DNA of 64,000 nucleotides from Paracoccaceae bacterium. GTDB lineage: Bacteria > Pseudomonadota > Alphaproteobacteria > Rhodobacterales > Rhodobacteraceae. Where the stretch lies: assembly GCA_029248915.1 (NCBI GenBank), contig JAQWIK010000109.1, positions 10,563 to 74,562 of the forward strand. Direction: 5' to 3'. Below are positions 1 through 11,106 of the stretch, one piece after another. Below the pieces are notes generated by a model. It did no database searches. It was not told the DNA's origin and saw only the letters and a program-made list of their open reading frames with translations. Every line of letters starts with the position of its first letter. The stretch's first letter is position 1. The position numbers and the translations under genes are program-made.

Positions 1-126
1 GCCTGCTTTGGCAAGAGGTCCAGTTGACCTTGCATAAGAATCAGAAACCATAATTGGTCCAGCGCTCAGACTTGACGATAGTGTAAAGAAAAATAAAAGG
101 GCCTTAAAAAATGATTTTATTTTCAC
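1..126 (-). CDS. Secreted protein, N-terminal fragment running off the left edge (PCu(A)C copper-chaperone-like motif)
   Basis: Too short for the ORF track. The minus-strand frame is open from GTG at 126..124 (preceded by an in-frame TAA) to position 1: MKIKSFFKALLFFFTLSSSLSAGPIMVSDSYARSTGPLAKAG. It has a clear signal peptide. The V-x-D-x-Y-AR-x-T-x-P-x-AKAG stretch resembles, from memory, the start of mature PCu(A)C/DUF461 proteins. Confidence 0.3.
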   Translation of the reverse strand, partial: MKIKSFFKALLFFFTLSSSLSAGPIMVSDSYARSTGPLAKAG

Positions 127-192
127 TTATTCAACCGCTCTTATGATCCAAACATGAAAAAAAATATGACACTATAATTTCTGGTGTCTTAG

Positions 193-477
193 TTAAGCCT
201 CTTGGGCTTTTGCTATTTCTTTTTTAACTTTTAAAGCATTAGCAGACAATTCGATATCCTTAGCTTTTGCTAGGAAGGCGTCTAAACCACCTCTGTGGTC
301 AACAGTACGCAGTGCTGCCGCAGAAATTCTTAATTTTACAGAACGCCCTAGAGTCTCAGATTGAAGAGTTACATGATTAAGGTTAGGTAGAAACCTTCTG
401 CGTGTCCTATTCTTAGCATGACTTACATTGTTTCCAGTCATTGGACCTTTACCTGTTAGTTCACAACGGCGCGACAT
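193..477 (-). CDS. rpmB: 50S ribosomal protein L28
   Basis: 94 aa. [33 protein letters not shown] is the canonical L28 N-terminus, followed by a C-terminal extension typical of alphaproteobacteria. Confidence 0.95.
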   Translation of the reverse strand: MSRRCELTGKGPMTGNNVSHAKNRTRRRFLPNLNHVTLQSETLGRSVKLRISAAALRTVDHRGGLDAFLAKAKDIELSANALKVKKEIAKAQEA

Positions 478-671
478 TATAACTTCCTAACTTTAACTAT
501 AAAGACATCACTTGTTCAAAGATTTATGCAATGAGCAATCTAACACACTTTAGTTTGTTTCAGTGCTTCTATGGATATTCTGTATGCTCGTCAAGCACCT
601 TCAAGCGAAAAAAAATATAATAATTTAGCAGATATTATTATGAAAAAGTAAGCTTTTAAAATAAAATTAAT

Positions 672-1670
672 TTAGCCCAACTCACCCTTTTTAATTGAGA
701 TTTCTTGTAATATTTGATTGGCCGCCAGAGCTAAATTTTTCTTTCCCGAAGCAACTTCTTCAGCAATCTTTGAAAGGTCTCCTTTAACAGGATCTTTTTC
801 TAAAACTGATAATAATTGATATTTAACATCCTCTAATAGCCAAAATTTGGATTGATCAGTACGATTAGTCTGAAAATAACCTTTTTCCCGACGCCACCCT
901 ACTAGATCAGAAATGACCTCCCATGTTTCGCTAATTCCGTTTTTCTCAATAGCTGAGACAGTCATAGCCTTTGGGAAACCTTCTGGATCCTGAGGACGTT
1001 TTCTGAGCAATCGAAGGGCTCCAGAGTAGTCAGCACAAGTTCTAGTTGCTTGATCCTTTAATTCTCCATCAGCTTTGTTTACTAAAATAATGTCTGCCAG
1101 CTCCATTATACCTCGTTTAACACCCTGTAGTTCGTCGCCACCAGCCGGAGCAAGAAGCAGAGTAAAAATATCACAAATTTCAGAAACAATAGTTTCAGAT
1201 TGTCCAACCCCGACAGTTTCAATTAATATCACATCAAACCCTGCAACCTCACATATCTTTACGGTTTCACGAGTCCGTCTGGCTACCCCACCCAAATGCG
1301 TTTGGCTAGGAGACGGTCGGATAAAGGCCGCAGGATTTCTGGCTAAAAGAGTCATCCTGGTTTTATCGCCGAGAATAGACCCCCCTGATCTTACAGAGCT
1401 AGGATCTACCGCGAGAACTGCAACACTCAATCCAAAATCAGTAAGATACGATCCAAAAACTTCAATGAAAGTCGATTTGCCCACACCTGGCGTACCCGAA
1501 AGCCCTATCCGGATTGCCTGTTTTTTTGACTTTTTTTCAAGCAAGGTGATGAGAGAAACAGCAGATTTTCTATGATCGTCGCGTGAACTCTCCACTAATG
1601 TAATAGCTCTGGATAAGGCTCGCCTATCCCCTGCCATTAAACTTTCAGCCATTTTGTTAAAGTCAGTCAT
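672..1670 (-). CDS. meaB: Methylmalonyl-CoA mutase-associated G3E GTPase (MeaB/ArgK)
   Basis: 332 aa. P-loop GTPGVGKST, ETVGVGQSE switch block and NKAD guanine-specificity motif (LVNKADG). Length and layout match MeaB/ArgK. Confidence 0.85.
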   Translation of the reverse strand: MTDFNKMAESLMAGDRRALSRAITLVESSRDDHRKSAVSLITLLEKKSKKQAIRIGLSGTPGVGKSTFIEVFGSYLTDFGLSVAVLAVDPSSVRSGGSILGDKTRMTLLARNPAAFIRPSPSQTHLGGVARRTRETVKICEVAGFDVILIETVGVGQSETIVSEICDIFTLLLAPAGGDELQGVKRGIMELADIILVNKADGELKDQATRTCADYSGALRLLRKRPQDPEGFPKAMTVSAIEKNGISETWEVISDLVGWRREKGYFQTNRTDQSKFWLLEDVKYQLLSVLEKDPVKGDLSKIAEEVASGKKNLALAANQILQEISIKKGELG

Positions 1671-1779
1671 TTTGACCAGTTTCCGCGTAAACTTAAAATT
1701 GTCGGTTGACCTTATCCTGCTTTTCTTGCCTTGTTTAGCCTGAAATTATTAAGCTGGATAGGTAAGTTGTAGTTTAGTT

Positions 1780-2496
1780 ATGAAAAACAAACAAAAACTT
1801 TTCGTTGTCTATTGCATATGCGCGTTGATTATTTCTGCAAATGCTCTTTCTGCAAAAACAGAAAAATATAGCTTTGACGTTTTCCTATGGGGAATAAAAG
1901 TCGGAGAACTCGTTTATTCTATCAAAAAAGTATCCAATGAATATGATATTTCGGGCCTTTTAAAGTCCAAAGGTCTCGCCAGAGTTATTACTAAGTATAA
2001 ATTTGCAGCCCAGACACAAGGAAAACTCTCCGATTCAAAATATTATCCCACTTCGTACAGTGAAAATTCTGATACAGGTCGCAGGAAAGAACAGAAATCT
2101 ATAACTTACCAAAATATGGTACCAAAAATAACTTCTGCAAAGGCCCCCAAACTTCATTGGGCCAAGCCAAAATCGCAAAAAGGAACTGTAGATCCGATGA
2201 CAGCGATTCATTTAGTTATGGGTGATAGAATTGAAAAAACACTCTGCAAGCAAAAATTTAATCTCTTCGACGGAGCTCGCCGAATAGAAATTATTTTGTC
2301 AAAAATTAATATCCAAAAAAATTCTGCACAGTGTCGTGGTCAATATATACGTCAAGAAGGCTACACAGATGAAGAGATGAAGGAAGGCAAAAATTTTCCG
2401 TTCACGATAGAGTACATTAAGCGAGATGAAATTTATGCCGTGGAAAGTTTGGAGATAAAAGCTTTACGCGGGCGGACAAAATTTACTAGACGTTAA
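1780..2496 (+). CDS. Secreted hypothetical protein, DUF3108-like
   Basis: 238 aa. N-terminal signal peptide (LFVVYCICALIISANALSA), then a YSFDVFLWGIKVGEL start that resembles DUF3108 proteins from memory. No catalytic motif recognised. Confidence 0.4.
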   Translation: MKNKQKLFVVYCICALIISANALSAKTEKYSFDVFLWGIKVGELVYSIKKVSNEYDISGLLKSKGLARVITKYKFAAQTQGKLSDSKYYPTSYSENSDTGRRKEQKSITYQNMVPKITSAKAPKLHWAKPKSQKGTVDPMTAIHLVMGDRIEKTLCKQKFNLFDGARRIEIILSKINIQKNSAQCRGQYIRQEGYTDEEMKEGKNFPFTIEYIKRDEIYAVESLEIKALRGRTKFTRR

Positions 2497-2502
2497 ACTA
2501 TC

Positions 2503-4941
2503 TTGGACACAAAGTTACCCATATTTAAAGTTTTAGACGAGCTGATAGAAAAGTTGGTTAGAACAAAAAGAGTTGTTTTAACAGCACCACCCGGTGCAGG
2601 AAAATCAACAGCTATTCCAATCAGTCTAAATAAACATCCTGCCTTTGCAAAAGGAAAAATAATAGTACTGGAGCCTCGGCGCCTTGCTGCAAAACAAGTT
2701 GCCTCACGAATGGCTGAAACACTGGGCGAAAAGATTGGAAGAACGGTAGGATATCGAATTAGAGGTGAAACCAAATGTGGTGAACAAACGAAAGTTGAGG
2801 TGGTAACGGAAGGCATATTAATTAGGATGATCCAAGAGGATCAACAACTGATAGGTGTATCCACCGTAATATTTGATGAATTTCATGAAAGGAGTTTAAA
2901 TGCAGATTTAGGGCTCGCTTTTTGTCTTGAAATAGCAAGTATTCTAAGAGTTGATTTAAAAATCTTAGTTATGTCGGCAACATTAGAAATAAGTGCTGTT
3001 TCCAAACTAATGCAAAACGCTCCAATAGTTTCATGCGAGGGCAAAAGTTTTCCTGTAACCCCCAGATGGCAAACAAAACCTGTGGTTCACGACCAGTTCA
3101 TGAATAAGCTGCTAACTGACGTGATACTGGCGGCAATTGATGAAAACAAAGGCAGTATACTTGTTTTTTTACCAGGAGAGCTTGAAATAATTAAATTGCA
3201 AGCCTCTTTAAAAAATGAGGTGCCGGATAATTGTCACGTACTCCCACTTTATGGGAGGTTAGAATTTAAAGATCAGCAAAAAGCAATAAAACCAATGTTA
3301 GATGGAAGAAAAATTGTTCTGGCAACAAATGTTGCAGAAACTTCTTTGACCATTGAGGGAATAGAGACGGTTATAGACAGCGGTCTTTCAAAAAGATCCA
3401 TATATGAAGCAAGCTCTGGTATGGCCCGTTTGGTGACCCAGAAAATATCTAAAGCAGAAGCCAAGCAAAGAATGGGTAGAGCTGGAAGATTGAGTCCTGG
3501 GATTTGTTACAAACTATGGTCAAAGGCTCAGGATGGTAGTTTCCCAGATTTCGCACCATCTGAAATTGAAAATTCAGATTTAACCTCATTTGCTTTGGAA
3601 CTTGCTCTTTGGGGTAGCAACATCAATGACCTTGCCTTATTAACAAGGCCAAATGAAAAATCACTTTCAGAAGCTTATAAAGTTCTACAGATGCTTGGGG
3701 CAGTAAATGAAAAGCTCCAAATTACCAAACATGGTCGACTACTATCAAAAATACCATTGCACCCGAGATTGGCTACTATAATTCTTGCTGGTGGAAAAGA
3801 TGCTACTTTACTTACATCAATTCTTTCAAATGCGGACCCTCTTAAAAAAATAGATGGCTCAGATATTAATTTAAGAATTTCTGCAATCAAAAACTACCAA
3901 CGACAAAAATCTGATTACCCGCGTGCGGTAAATAATTCCACCATGAAAACAATAATTAAAGACACTGACCAACTTTTTAAACATTTATCAAATCGGTCAA
4001 ACTATACAGTTGCTCAGCTTGCGGCTCTCGCATACCCAGATCGTGTAGGAAAGCGCAGAAAAGGAGAATCTCCGCGCTATATTTTGTCAAACGGTAAAGG
4101 CGCTATAATGGCAGAGAGCGACCCTCTGAGATCTGAACCCTTTATCGTTGCATGCAACCTGGACGGAAACCTTCAAGAGGCTAAACTTCGATACTGCATT
4201 CCAATTACGTTTCCAGAAATTAAAGAATTGTTTGGCAACCAAGTTTTCTCAAAAAAAACTTGTGAATGGTCCAAGAGACAGAAAAAGATAATTGCTCAAC
4301 ATCAAGAGAAGCTTGGTCAATTGACCCTAAACGAGAAAAACTGGCTTGAGCCACCAAGTAATATGCTTATTGATGCTATGCTGGAAGGTGTGAGACAACT
4401 TGGGTTTTCCCATTCAGAAAGCGCCAAAACTTTTTTGGCTAGAGTTAAAATGGCAGGAAATAGTTTTCCTGATATGTCAGACATAAAATTAATGGCCACA
4501 AGAAAAATATGGTTAGCGCCGTTTTTGAACGGCATTCAATCGGCCGATGATTGGAAGAAATTTGATGATTTAGAAGCGCTTCAGTCGATCTTAAGTTGGA
4601 AAGAAATGCAATTGCTAGAAAAATTAGCGCCCGCTCATTTCATCACTCCACTTGGGCGTAAGATAAAAATCACTTACCAAAATCGGCTGCCCGAAATATC
4701 AATACGTATCCAAGAAATGTATGGTCAGAAAATTCATCCAGTGAGTGCCGGGATACCCATCAGAATAACATTCCTGTCGCCTGCGGGAAGAACAATACAA
4801 ACTACTACAGATATAGTGTCTTTTTGGAACAGCTCTTACACCGATGTCAGAAAAGATATGAGGGGCCGATATCCAAAACATTTTTGGCCAGAATATCCAT
4901 CTGAGTCTATACCGACTTTGAAAACAACCAAAAGAAATTAG
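2503..4941 (+). CDS. hrpB: ATP-dependent RNA helicase HrpB (DEAH box)
   Basis: 812 aa. Motifs APPGAGKST, DEFHERS, SATL, TNVAETSLTIEG and QRMGRAGR, plus a long C-terminal HrpB-type domain. Confidence 0.9.
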   Translation: MDTKLPIFKVLDELIEKLVRTKRVVLTAPPGAGKSTAIPISLNKHPAFAKGKIIVLEPRRLAAKQVASRMAETLGEKIGRTVGYRIRGETKCGEQTKVEVVTEGILIRMIQEDQQLIGVSTVIFDEFHERSLNADLGLAFCLEIASILRVDLKILVMSATLEISAVSKLMQNAPIVSCEGKSFPVTPRWQTKPVVHDQFMNKLLTDVILAAIDENKGSILVFLPGELEIIKLQASLKNEVPDNCHVLPLYGRLEFKDQQKAIKPMLDGRKIVLATNVAETSLTIEGIETVIDSGLSKRSIYEASSGMARLVTQKISKAEAKQRMGRAGRLSPGICYKLWSKAQDGSFPDFAPSEIENSDLTSFALELALWGSNINDLALLTRPNEKSLSEAYKVLQMLGAVNEKLQITKHGRLLSKIPLHPRLATIILAGGKDATLLTSILSNADPLKKIDGSDINLRISAIKNYQRQKSDYPRAVNNSTMKTIIKDTDQLFKHLSNRSNYTVAQLAALAYPDRVGKRRKGESPRYILSNGKGAIMAESDPLRSEPFIVACNLDGNLQEAKLRYCIPITFPEIKELFGNQVFSKKTCEWSKRQKKIIAQHQEKLGQLTLNEKNWLEPPSNMLIDAMLEGVRQLGFSHSESAKTFLARVKMAGNSFPDMSDIKLMATRKIWLAPFLNGIQSADDWKKFDDLEALQSILSWKEMQLLEKLAPAHFITPLGRKIKITYQNRLPEISIRIQEMYGQKIHPVSAGIPIRITFLSPAGRTIQTTTDIVSFWNSSYTDVRKDMRGRYPKHFWPEYPSESIPTLKTTKRN

Positions 4942-4974
4942 TAGGTTGTTAAAAGTAGTTAAGTAGGTTACCAT

Positions 4975-5742
4975 TTATACAAATGGATCAGTTTCATAAA
5001 TAACATCAGTAAGATATAACCCCTGCGGAGGTGAAACTGGACCACAAGCTGATCGATCTTTTGCTTCTAAAGCTTTTTTTACATCGAATGGGCTCCAACT
5101 ACCTGCTCCCACACGTTCTAAAGTTCCAACAAAACTCCGAACTTGGTTATGAAGGAAACTTCTTGCCCTCAATTGGAATCTGAACTCGTCACCAGACCAA
5201 CCTGTTATGCGGTCAATTTTCAATTCATCCAATGTCTTTATAGGACTTTTAGCTTGGCACATAGATGACCGAAATGTCGTAAAATCATGTTTACCAAGCA
5301 AGTATTTAGAGGCTTCTAGCATCTTAGACAAATCAAGAGAGTGTCCAATTTGCCATACTAGACCAGCTTCATGTGTCGACGGTGCCCTTCTGACTAGGAG
5401 CCGAAATAAATATTTTCTTTCCAAAGCAGAAAAGCGTGCATGCCAATCACTATTGACCAGGGCACAATCAATTACTGCTATTGGAAGTGGCCTCAAATGA
5501 AAATTTAAGGCTTCAGAAAGCCGAAAAGGTTGCCATTCTTTATCAAGATCGCAATGCGCAACTTGGGACCTCGCGTGCACACCAGCATCGGTACGACCTG
5601 CGCCAGCTATTTTATGTTCTTTATTTTCTAACTTCGAAAGGGCAGTTTCAATTGAACCTTGCACAGAAACTTGGCTTCGCTGACGCTGCCATCCAACAAA
5701 AGGAGAGCCGTCATATTCAATTTTTAAGGCATATCTGGGCAT
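4975..5742 (-). CDS. truA: tRNA pseudouridine(38-40) synthase
   Basis: 255 aa. [21 protein letters not shown] start and catalytic [11 protein letters not shown] motif. Confidence 0.95.
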   Translation of the reverse strand: MPRYALKIEYDGSPFVGWQRQRSQVSVQGSIETALSKLENKEHKIAGAGRTDAGVHARSQVAHCDLDKEWQPFRLSEALNFHLRPLPIAVIDCALVNSDWHARFSALERKYLFRLLVRRAPSTHEAGLVWQIGHSLDLSKMLEASKYLLGKHDFTTFRSSMCQAKSPIKTLDELKIDRITGWSGDEFRFQLRARSFLHNQVRSFVGTLERVGAGSWSPFDVKKALEAKDRSACGPVSPPQGLYLTDVIYETDPFV

Positions 5743-5814
5743 ATCTGCGGATAACTCAAATCAGACTTGAAGGAAAGTGGGCAATATTCCAATTGGTACA
5801 ATGAAAATATAGAA

Positions 5815-6300
5815 CTAATTTGAACTTTTTATGGACCCACTCGGCATATCCCAGGCCCCAGAAATCAATTCAATTCCTAAGATGCGATCTGGGTTTGTTG
5901 GTTTTGGCATTTTAATATTTGTCAGCTTTTTAAAACCTAAACGACCATAATAGGAAAAATCACCAATTAATATTATTCTGGAATAATCCAATTCTTTAGC
6001 GAGCGACAAACTATCTTTTATTAACAAAGCGCCCAAACCTTCCCCCTGCCTCGTTGGATGAACAGCTATGGGACCCAGCAATAAAGCCTTGTATTCGTGT
6101 ATTTTAACTGGCCAATAGCGAATAGCGCCAGCCAAAATTTTCTCGTCATCTCTTGCAACCATACAAAGCTCAGATATAGGGTTGATATTTTCTCTAAAAC
6201 GGTATGAAGACAAGGCTTCTCGGCCAGGAGCGAAACATAGGTCAAACAATGCCTCAACTTCCCAATAGTCAGCTTTTTTTTCAGTATTTATCGCGTACAC
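5815..6300 (-). CDS. GNAT family N-acetyltransferase
   Basis: 161 aa. Acetyl-CoA binding block HPTRQGEGLGALLI (Q/R-x-x-G-x-G/A). Uses a GTG start. Substrate unknown. Confidence 0.7.
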   Translation of the reverse strand: MYAINTEKKADYWEVEALFDLCFAPGREALSSYRFRENINPISELCMVARDDEKILAGAIRYWPVKIHEYKALLLGPIAVHPTRQGEGLGALLIKDSLSLAKELDYSRIILIGDFSYYGRLGFKKLTNIKMPKPTNPDRILGIELISGAWDMPSGSIKSSN

Positions 6301-6385
6301 TTAAAACTCCCATAAGCGATTTTACCACAAAGAATTAGACAAATTTCAAAATTATCTGGAAGGCGGGTTAGCATGGCTCTATCTC

Positions 6386-7012
6386 ATGATCAAAGGAAGT
6401 TTTAAAATGTTTTATAAACCCGATGAAGGTCATGGACTTAAAAATAATCCGTTCAATGCGATTGTGACACCCCGTCCAATTGGTTGGATCTCGACAAGAG
6501 ATAAAAAATTGATCGACAATATTGCACCATATTCTTTTTTTAACGCAGTGGCTTATGTACCACCTCAAGTTATGTTTGCTTCTACAGGGGATAAACCTGA
6601 TAGAGAAGGAACTAAAGATTCTGTAGCAAATATCAGGGAAAAAAAAGAGTTTTGTGTAAATATTGTATCTTACGAGATGCGGCATCAAATGAATGCAACT
6701 TCGAAATCTTTGCCAGCAGATATTGATGAATTTAAGCATGCCGAATTAAAAAAAATAGATTGTAATTTAGTAGATTGCCCACGGGTTTTAAATGCGCCCG
6801 CTTCACTTGAATGTAAATTGGTTGAAATTATAAAGTTGCCAGGAGCTGCAAATTTTGCTGTTTTCGGCGAAGTTGTCGGTGTTCACATGCGCGATGATTA
6901 CGTAGTTGAGGGAAAATTTGACGTAAGTAAATTTAATCCACTCACCCGGTTGGGTTATCGTGATTACAGTGTAGTTCGGGAGATATTTTCTATTTCACGG
7001 CCTGATGACTAA
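6386..7012 (+). CDS. Flavin reductase-like (FMN-binding split-barrel) protein
   Basis: 208 aa. N-terminal NPFNAIVTPRPIGWISTRD, IAPYSFFN and a C-terminal LTRLGYRDY block, typical of flavin reductase domain proteins. Confidence 0.7.
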   Translation: MIKGSFKMFYKPDEGHGLKNNPFNAIVTPRPIGWISTRDKKLIDNIAPYSFFNAVAYVPPQVMFASTGDKPDREGTKDSVANIREKKEFCVNIVSYEMRHQMNATSKSLPADIDEFKHAELKKIDCNLVDCPRVLNAPASLECKLVEIIKLPGAANFAVFGEVVGVHMRDDYVVEGKFDVSKFNPLTRLGYRDYSVVREIFSISRPDD

Positions 7013-7130
7013 CAACAAAATAGAACGTTTAGTAAGAACTTTGAACCTTTTAGATTTTCAAAAAGGTCTGTTCTAATTGGTAGATAGGTTATACAACGAT
7101 TTTTAGAAACAAATATTTTAGTAGTGAAAT

Positions 7131-8303
7131 ATGATTAGTGCTGTATTACCAACTTACTCGCGAGCAGATTTGGAATTTGTGAAAGGCGAAGGTGCTTGGT
7201 TAACGGAAGCGGACGGAAGTCATTTTTTAGATCTGGCATATGGAATTGCAGTAAATTCATTAGGCCATGCTCATCCTGATCTTGTGCAGGTTATAAAATC
7301 ACAAGCAGAAAAGCTTTGGCATGTATCAAACCTATATGAAATTCCACAACAACGCGCACTGGCAAATGCATTAGTTGCGAATTCATTCGCCGATACTGTT
7401 TTCTTTACAAATTCAGGCACTGAATCTTGCGAGCTAGCCGTTAAGATGGCTCGAAAATATTGGTTTGAAAAAGGATACCCTGATAAGTCCGAAATAATTA
7501 CACTTGAAGGCTCTTTTCATGGTCGATCTTCCGCAGGAATAGCCGCGACCGCATCTGAAAAGATGACTAAAGGTTTTGGACCTTTATTACCTGGTTTCGT
7601 AAATATAGACTGGACCGACCATGAGACCATTAATAGCACAATTTCAGATAGGACTGCCGCTGTCTTAATTGAACCTATTCAGGGAGAAGGCGGTATTAGA
7701 GTACTTCCTGAACCCTTTTTAAGGGGGATTAAGAAAATTTGTGACGAAAATGACGTTTTGTTGATACTCGACGAAGTCCAATGTGGTGTTGGCAGAACAG
7801 GCAAGTTGTTTGCTCATGAATGGGTGGGAATTGAACCCGACATAATGATGGTTGCAAAAGGTATAGGCGGTGGATTCCCATTAGGTGCTGTTTTGGCAAA
7901 AGAAAATGCCGCCAGTGGGATGACGGCGGGGACACATGGATCAACTTATGGAGGTAATCCCTTGGGTTGTTCGATTGGGCTAAAAGTTATGGATATTATT
8001 TCTGACCCCAATTTTCTACATGACGTGAATCGAAAAGCAAAAATTTTTCATGATGGGCTACTGGAACTTTTGAAGAAAAATACTTCTATTTTTGAAGAAG
8101 TTCGTGGCAAAGGCCTAATGTTAGGGCTCAAATGTAACGTCAAAAATATAGATGTCGTGAAAGAAGGTTATTCAAAAAAGCTACTAACAGTGCCAGCTGG
8201 AGATAATGTCATACGTCTTTTGCCTCCATTAACCATCACTGAAAGCGATATAGATGAAGCACTTAAAAAAATAGATAGCGTTATGACAGCTCTTTCTCAA
8301 TAA
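7131..8303 (+). CDS. argD: Acetylornithine aminotransferase (class III PLP aminotransferase)
   Basis: 390 aa. FFTNSGTESCE, LILDEVQCGVGRTGK and THGSTYGGNPL blocks. Lies immediately upstream of argF. Confidence 0.85.
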   Translation: MISAVLPTYSRADLEFVKGEGAWLTEADGSHFLDLAYGIAVNSLGHAHPDLVQVIKSQAEKLWHVSNLYEIPQQRALANALVANSFADTVFFTNSGTESCELAVKMARKYWFEKGYPDKSEIITLEGSFHGRSSAGIAATASEKMTKGFGPLLPGFVNIDWTDHETINSTISDRTAAVLIEPIQGEGGIRVLPEPFLRGIKKICDENDVLLILDEVQCGVGRTGKLFAHEWVGIEPDIMMVAKGIGGGFPLGAVLAKENAASGMTAGTHGSTYGGNPLGCSIGLKVMDIISDPNFLHDVNRKAKIFHDGLLELLKKNTSIFEEVRGKGLMLGLKCNVKNIDVVKEGYSKKLLTVPAGDNVIRLLPPLTITESDIDEALKKIDSVMTALSQ

Positions 8304-8329
8304 AAGATTTCTAAAGATAATTGTGAACC

Positions 8330-9256
8330 ATGAAACATTTTTTAAATATAAACGAGATATCTATCAGAGACCTCAAAGGCATACTTGAACAAGCCAAAAA
8401 GATGAAGGGAGCTAGGATTGGTCTCGCTAAAGGAACCTACGACGAAGGCAAACCACTAAGTCAGCATATTGTTGCCCTAGTTTTTGAAAAGCCTTCCACC
8501 AGGACTAGGACCAGCTTTGATGTGGGTGTCCGACAACTTGGGGGGCAACCGATGTTACTTTCCGGGGCTGAAATGCATTTAGGGCAAGGAGAAACAATAT
8601 CTGATACGGCACAGGTCTTAAGCCGGTACGTAGATTTGATTATGCTGAGAACTTATGAAAGTAAAACTCTCTACGAAATGGCTAAATATTCGACAGTTCC
8701 AGTTATCAATGGTTTGACCAACGATAGTCATCCCTGCCAAATAATGGCAGACATTATGACATTTGAGGAAAAGCGAGGGACAATAGAAGGTAAAAAGGTT
8801 GTTTGGTTCGGTGATGGCAATAATGTTTTTAATAGCTTTTTTCAGGCTGCTGGAAAATTCAATTTCTCCCTTATTTTTTCAGGACCTAAAGAATTAGATC
8901 CACCAAGTAATTTAGTAAAAAAAGCTAATAGTCTTGGATTTGATTTTAAAATCGATAGGGATCCAATATCAGCTATTAAAGGTGCGGACCTAATAGCCAC
9001 TGATACTTGGGTAAGCATGCACGATAGTCCAGAAGTGAAACAAGTCAGGCATAATCAACTAAAAGCATTTCAAGTAAACGAAGAGCTTATGTCAAATGCA
9101 AAAAAAGATGCTCTATTTATGCATTGTTTACCAGCTCATAGAAATGAAGAAGCAACTTCTGCTGTCATGGACGGACAAAACTCAGTTATTTTTGATGAGG
9201 CAGAAAATCGTTTGCATGTACAAAAAGCGATAATGCGATGGTGCCTTTCAAAGTAG
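8330..9256 (+). CDS. argF: Ornithine carbamoyltransferase
   Basis: 308 aa. Carbamoyl-phosphate motif STRTR, HPCQ, DTWVSM and HCLPA. Confidence 0.92.
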   Translation: MKHFLNINEISIRDLKGILEQAKKMKGARIGLAKGTYDEGKPLSQHIVALVFEKPSTRTRTSFDVGVRQLGGQPMLLSGAEMHLGQGETISDTAQVLSRYVDLIMLRTYESKTLYEMAKYSTVPVINGLTNDSHPCQIMADIMTFEEKRGTIEGKKVVWFGDGNNVFNSFFQAAGKFNFSLIFSGPKELDPPSNLVKKANSLGFDFKIDRDPISAIKGADLIATDTWVSMHDSPEVKQVRHNQLKAFQVNEELMSNAKKDALFMHCLPAHRNEEATSAVMDGQNSVIFDEAENRLHVQKAIMRWCLSK

Positions 9257-10885
9257 TCAATGACCACTATCCAAAATACCAGTTTTTACCGAGTAATTCA
9301 CAGCAAGAGCATAATCTGGATCGTCATCACTATCGATGACTAGGTGACCCGCTTTAGTCAGCAAATTATGACAGTCCCGGCTAAGATGTCTGAGTTGAAT
9401 TCGTTTGTTCGCAAGTTCATATTTACCCGCAATTGCCTCAATTGCCTGTAGGGCCGATTGATCAACTACTCGGCTATCAGAAAATTCAATGATGACTTCT
9501 TCGGGATCATTTTGAACATCAAATAACTCTGAAAACCCATCAGCAGAGCCAAAAAATAAAGGGCCTTGAATGCGATAAATTTTGGCACCACTTCCTGAAA
9601 TTTCAGTGTGAGCGTGAATTCTCCTAGCATTATTCCAGGCATAAGCTAAAGCAGAAACAATTACCCCCACAACCACTGCAACTGCTAGGTCTGACAAAAC
9701 AGTGACAATTGTTACAAGTATAGTAACGAAAGCATCTGTAAGCGGAACTTTTCTAAGAATTTTAAAAGAATTCCATGCAAAAGTTCCTATAACAACCATG
9801 AACATAACTCCAACAAGCGCCGCTAAAGGTATCATTTCGATTATTGGCGATCCGACTAATATAAAAACCAGTAGGAAAAGTGCCGCAGCAATCCCTGCTA
9901 TCCGAGTTCTACCGCCCGACTTAACATTGATCATGGATTGACCAATCATAGCGCATCCACCCATTCCGCCAAAAAATCCGGTTGCAGTATTAGCGAGACC
10001 CTGAGCTATACATTCTTGGCTCGCACCTCCCCTTTTACCCGTCATTTCACCAACTAAATTAAGTGTAAGAAGACTCTCAATTAAGCCGATAGCCGCCAAA
10101 ATGATTGAATAGGGTAATATAATTTCGAATGTTTCCCAGCTTAGTGGAACGGAAGGGATATGAAACGGAGGTAAAGTTCCTTGAATTGAAGCCATATCAC
10201 CAACTCTAGGAACATCTAAACCAAAGAAAATAACAAGCCCTGCCACAACGCCGATACCAGCGAGAGGCGAAGGAATAATACGCGTAATGCGTGGCATGAT
10301 ATAGATTATAAACATTGTCAGAGCGACTAAAGCCAACATCATATATAAAGAGCCACCGCTGAGCCATTCGCCTCCTGAAGAACCATGCCCAGAAATTTCA
10401 GCTGTACCAGGTACTTTAAATTGCGTTAATTGGGCCAAGAAAATTACAATTGCCAGTCCATTGACGAAACCTAACATTACTGGATGAGGCACTAAGCGGA
10501 TAAACTTTCCCCACTGCATAAGACCAGCAAATATTTGCAAAACTCCCATTAAAACTACTGTGGCAAATAAATATTCCACTCCATGTTCTGCAACTAGTGC
10601 CACCATAACGACCGCTAAGGCTCCGGTGGCTCCAGAAATCATACCTGGACGACCTCCCAAGACTGCAGTTACCAACCCAACAAGAAACGCCGCATATAGT
10701 CCAACTAAAGGATGTACGCCAGCCACAAACGCAAACGCAACTGCTTCTGGAATCAGAGCTAGAGCAACAGTTAGTCCCGACAAGAGTTCCGTCCTGACCC
10801 GAGAAATGGTTAAACCTTCATCATTCATAAAATTCAAATCTGGTTTGTTCAAAGTCGCAAAAGTATTTAGAAGGGTTTGTTTCAT
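9257..10885 (-). CDS. SulP family anion (sulfate) permease with C-terminal STAS domain
   Basis: 542 aa. Polytopic membrane protein with SulP-like N-terminal blocks (LSGLTVALALIPEAVAFA) and a soluble about 120-aa STAS-like tail. Its stop abuts the argF stop. Confidence 0.85.
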   Translation of the reverse strand: MKQTLLNTFATLNKPDLNFMNDEGLTISRVRTELLSGLTVALALIPEAVAFAFVAGVHPLVGLYAAFLVGLVTAVLGGRPGMISGATGALAVVMVALVAEHGVEYLFATVVLMGVLQIFAGLMQWGKFIRLVPHPVMLGFVNGLAIVIFLAQLTQFKVPGTAEISGHGSSGGEWLSGGSLYMMLALVALTMFIIYIMPRITRIIPSPLAGIGVVAGLVIFFGLDVPRVGDMASIQGTLPPFHIPSVPLSWETFEIILPYSIILAAIGLIESLLTLNLVGEMTGKRGGASQECIAQGLANTATGFFGGMGGCAMIGQSMINVKSGGRTRIAGIAAALFLLVFILVGSPIIEMIPLAALVGVMFMVVIGTFAWNSFKILRKVPLTDAFVTILVTIVTVLSDLAVAVVVGVIVSALAYAWNNARRIHAHTEISGSGAKIYRIQGPLFFGSADGFSELFDVQNDPEEVIIEFSDSRVVDQSALQAIEAIAGKYELANKRIQLRHLSRDCHNLLTKAGHLVIDSDDDPDYALAVNYSVKTGILDSGH

Positions 10886-11106
10886 CTATGGGGTTTCCAA
10901 TTAATCACTAGTTGTCTCACTAATCGAGATTGTGCCAGTTTAAAAGCCATTCGGTTCACAAAATTCAAAATTGCATTATTAAACTAGAGATAATTTTGTT
11001 AACTAAGTTGAACTGTTTAGTTTACCACGATCTAAAATTCTAATAAAAGTCCCAATGTCTCAATACTTAGAGTATATGTTATTTTTATTAGTAGGGAACG
11101 TTAGAA

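Noticed and set aside
1075-1575. 166-aa plus-strand ORF inside the meaB region
   Set aside because: It lies antisense to a strongly supported P-loop GTPase gene. Its Ser/Pro/Thr-rich low-complexity translation is typical of a shadow ORF, and it has no recognisable motif or ribosome-binding site.
9257-10885. SulP permease as the sulfite/sulfate partner of the SsuD-like module
   Set aside because: It is 40 kb away and separated by dozens of housekeeping genes. There is no evidence of linkage.
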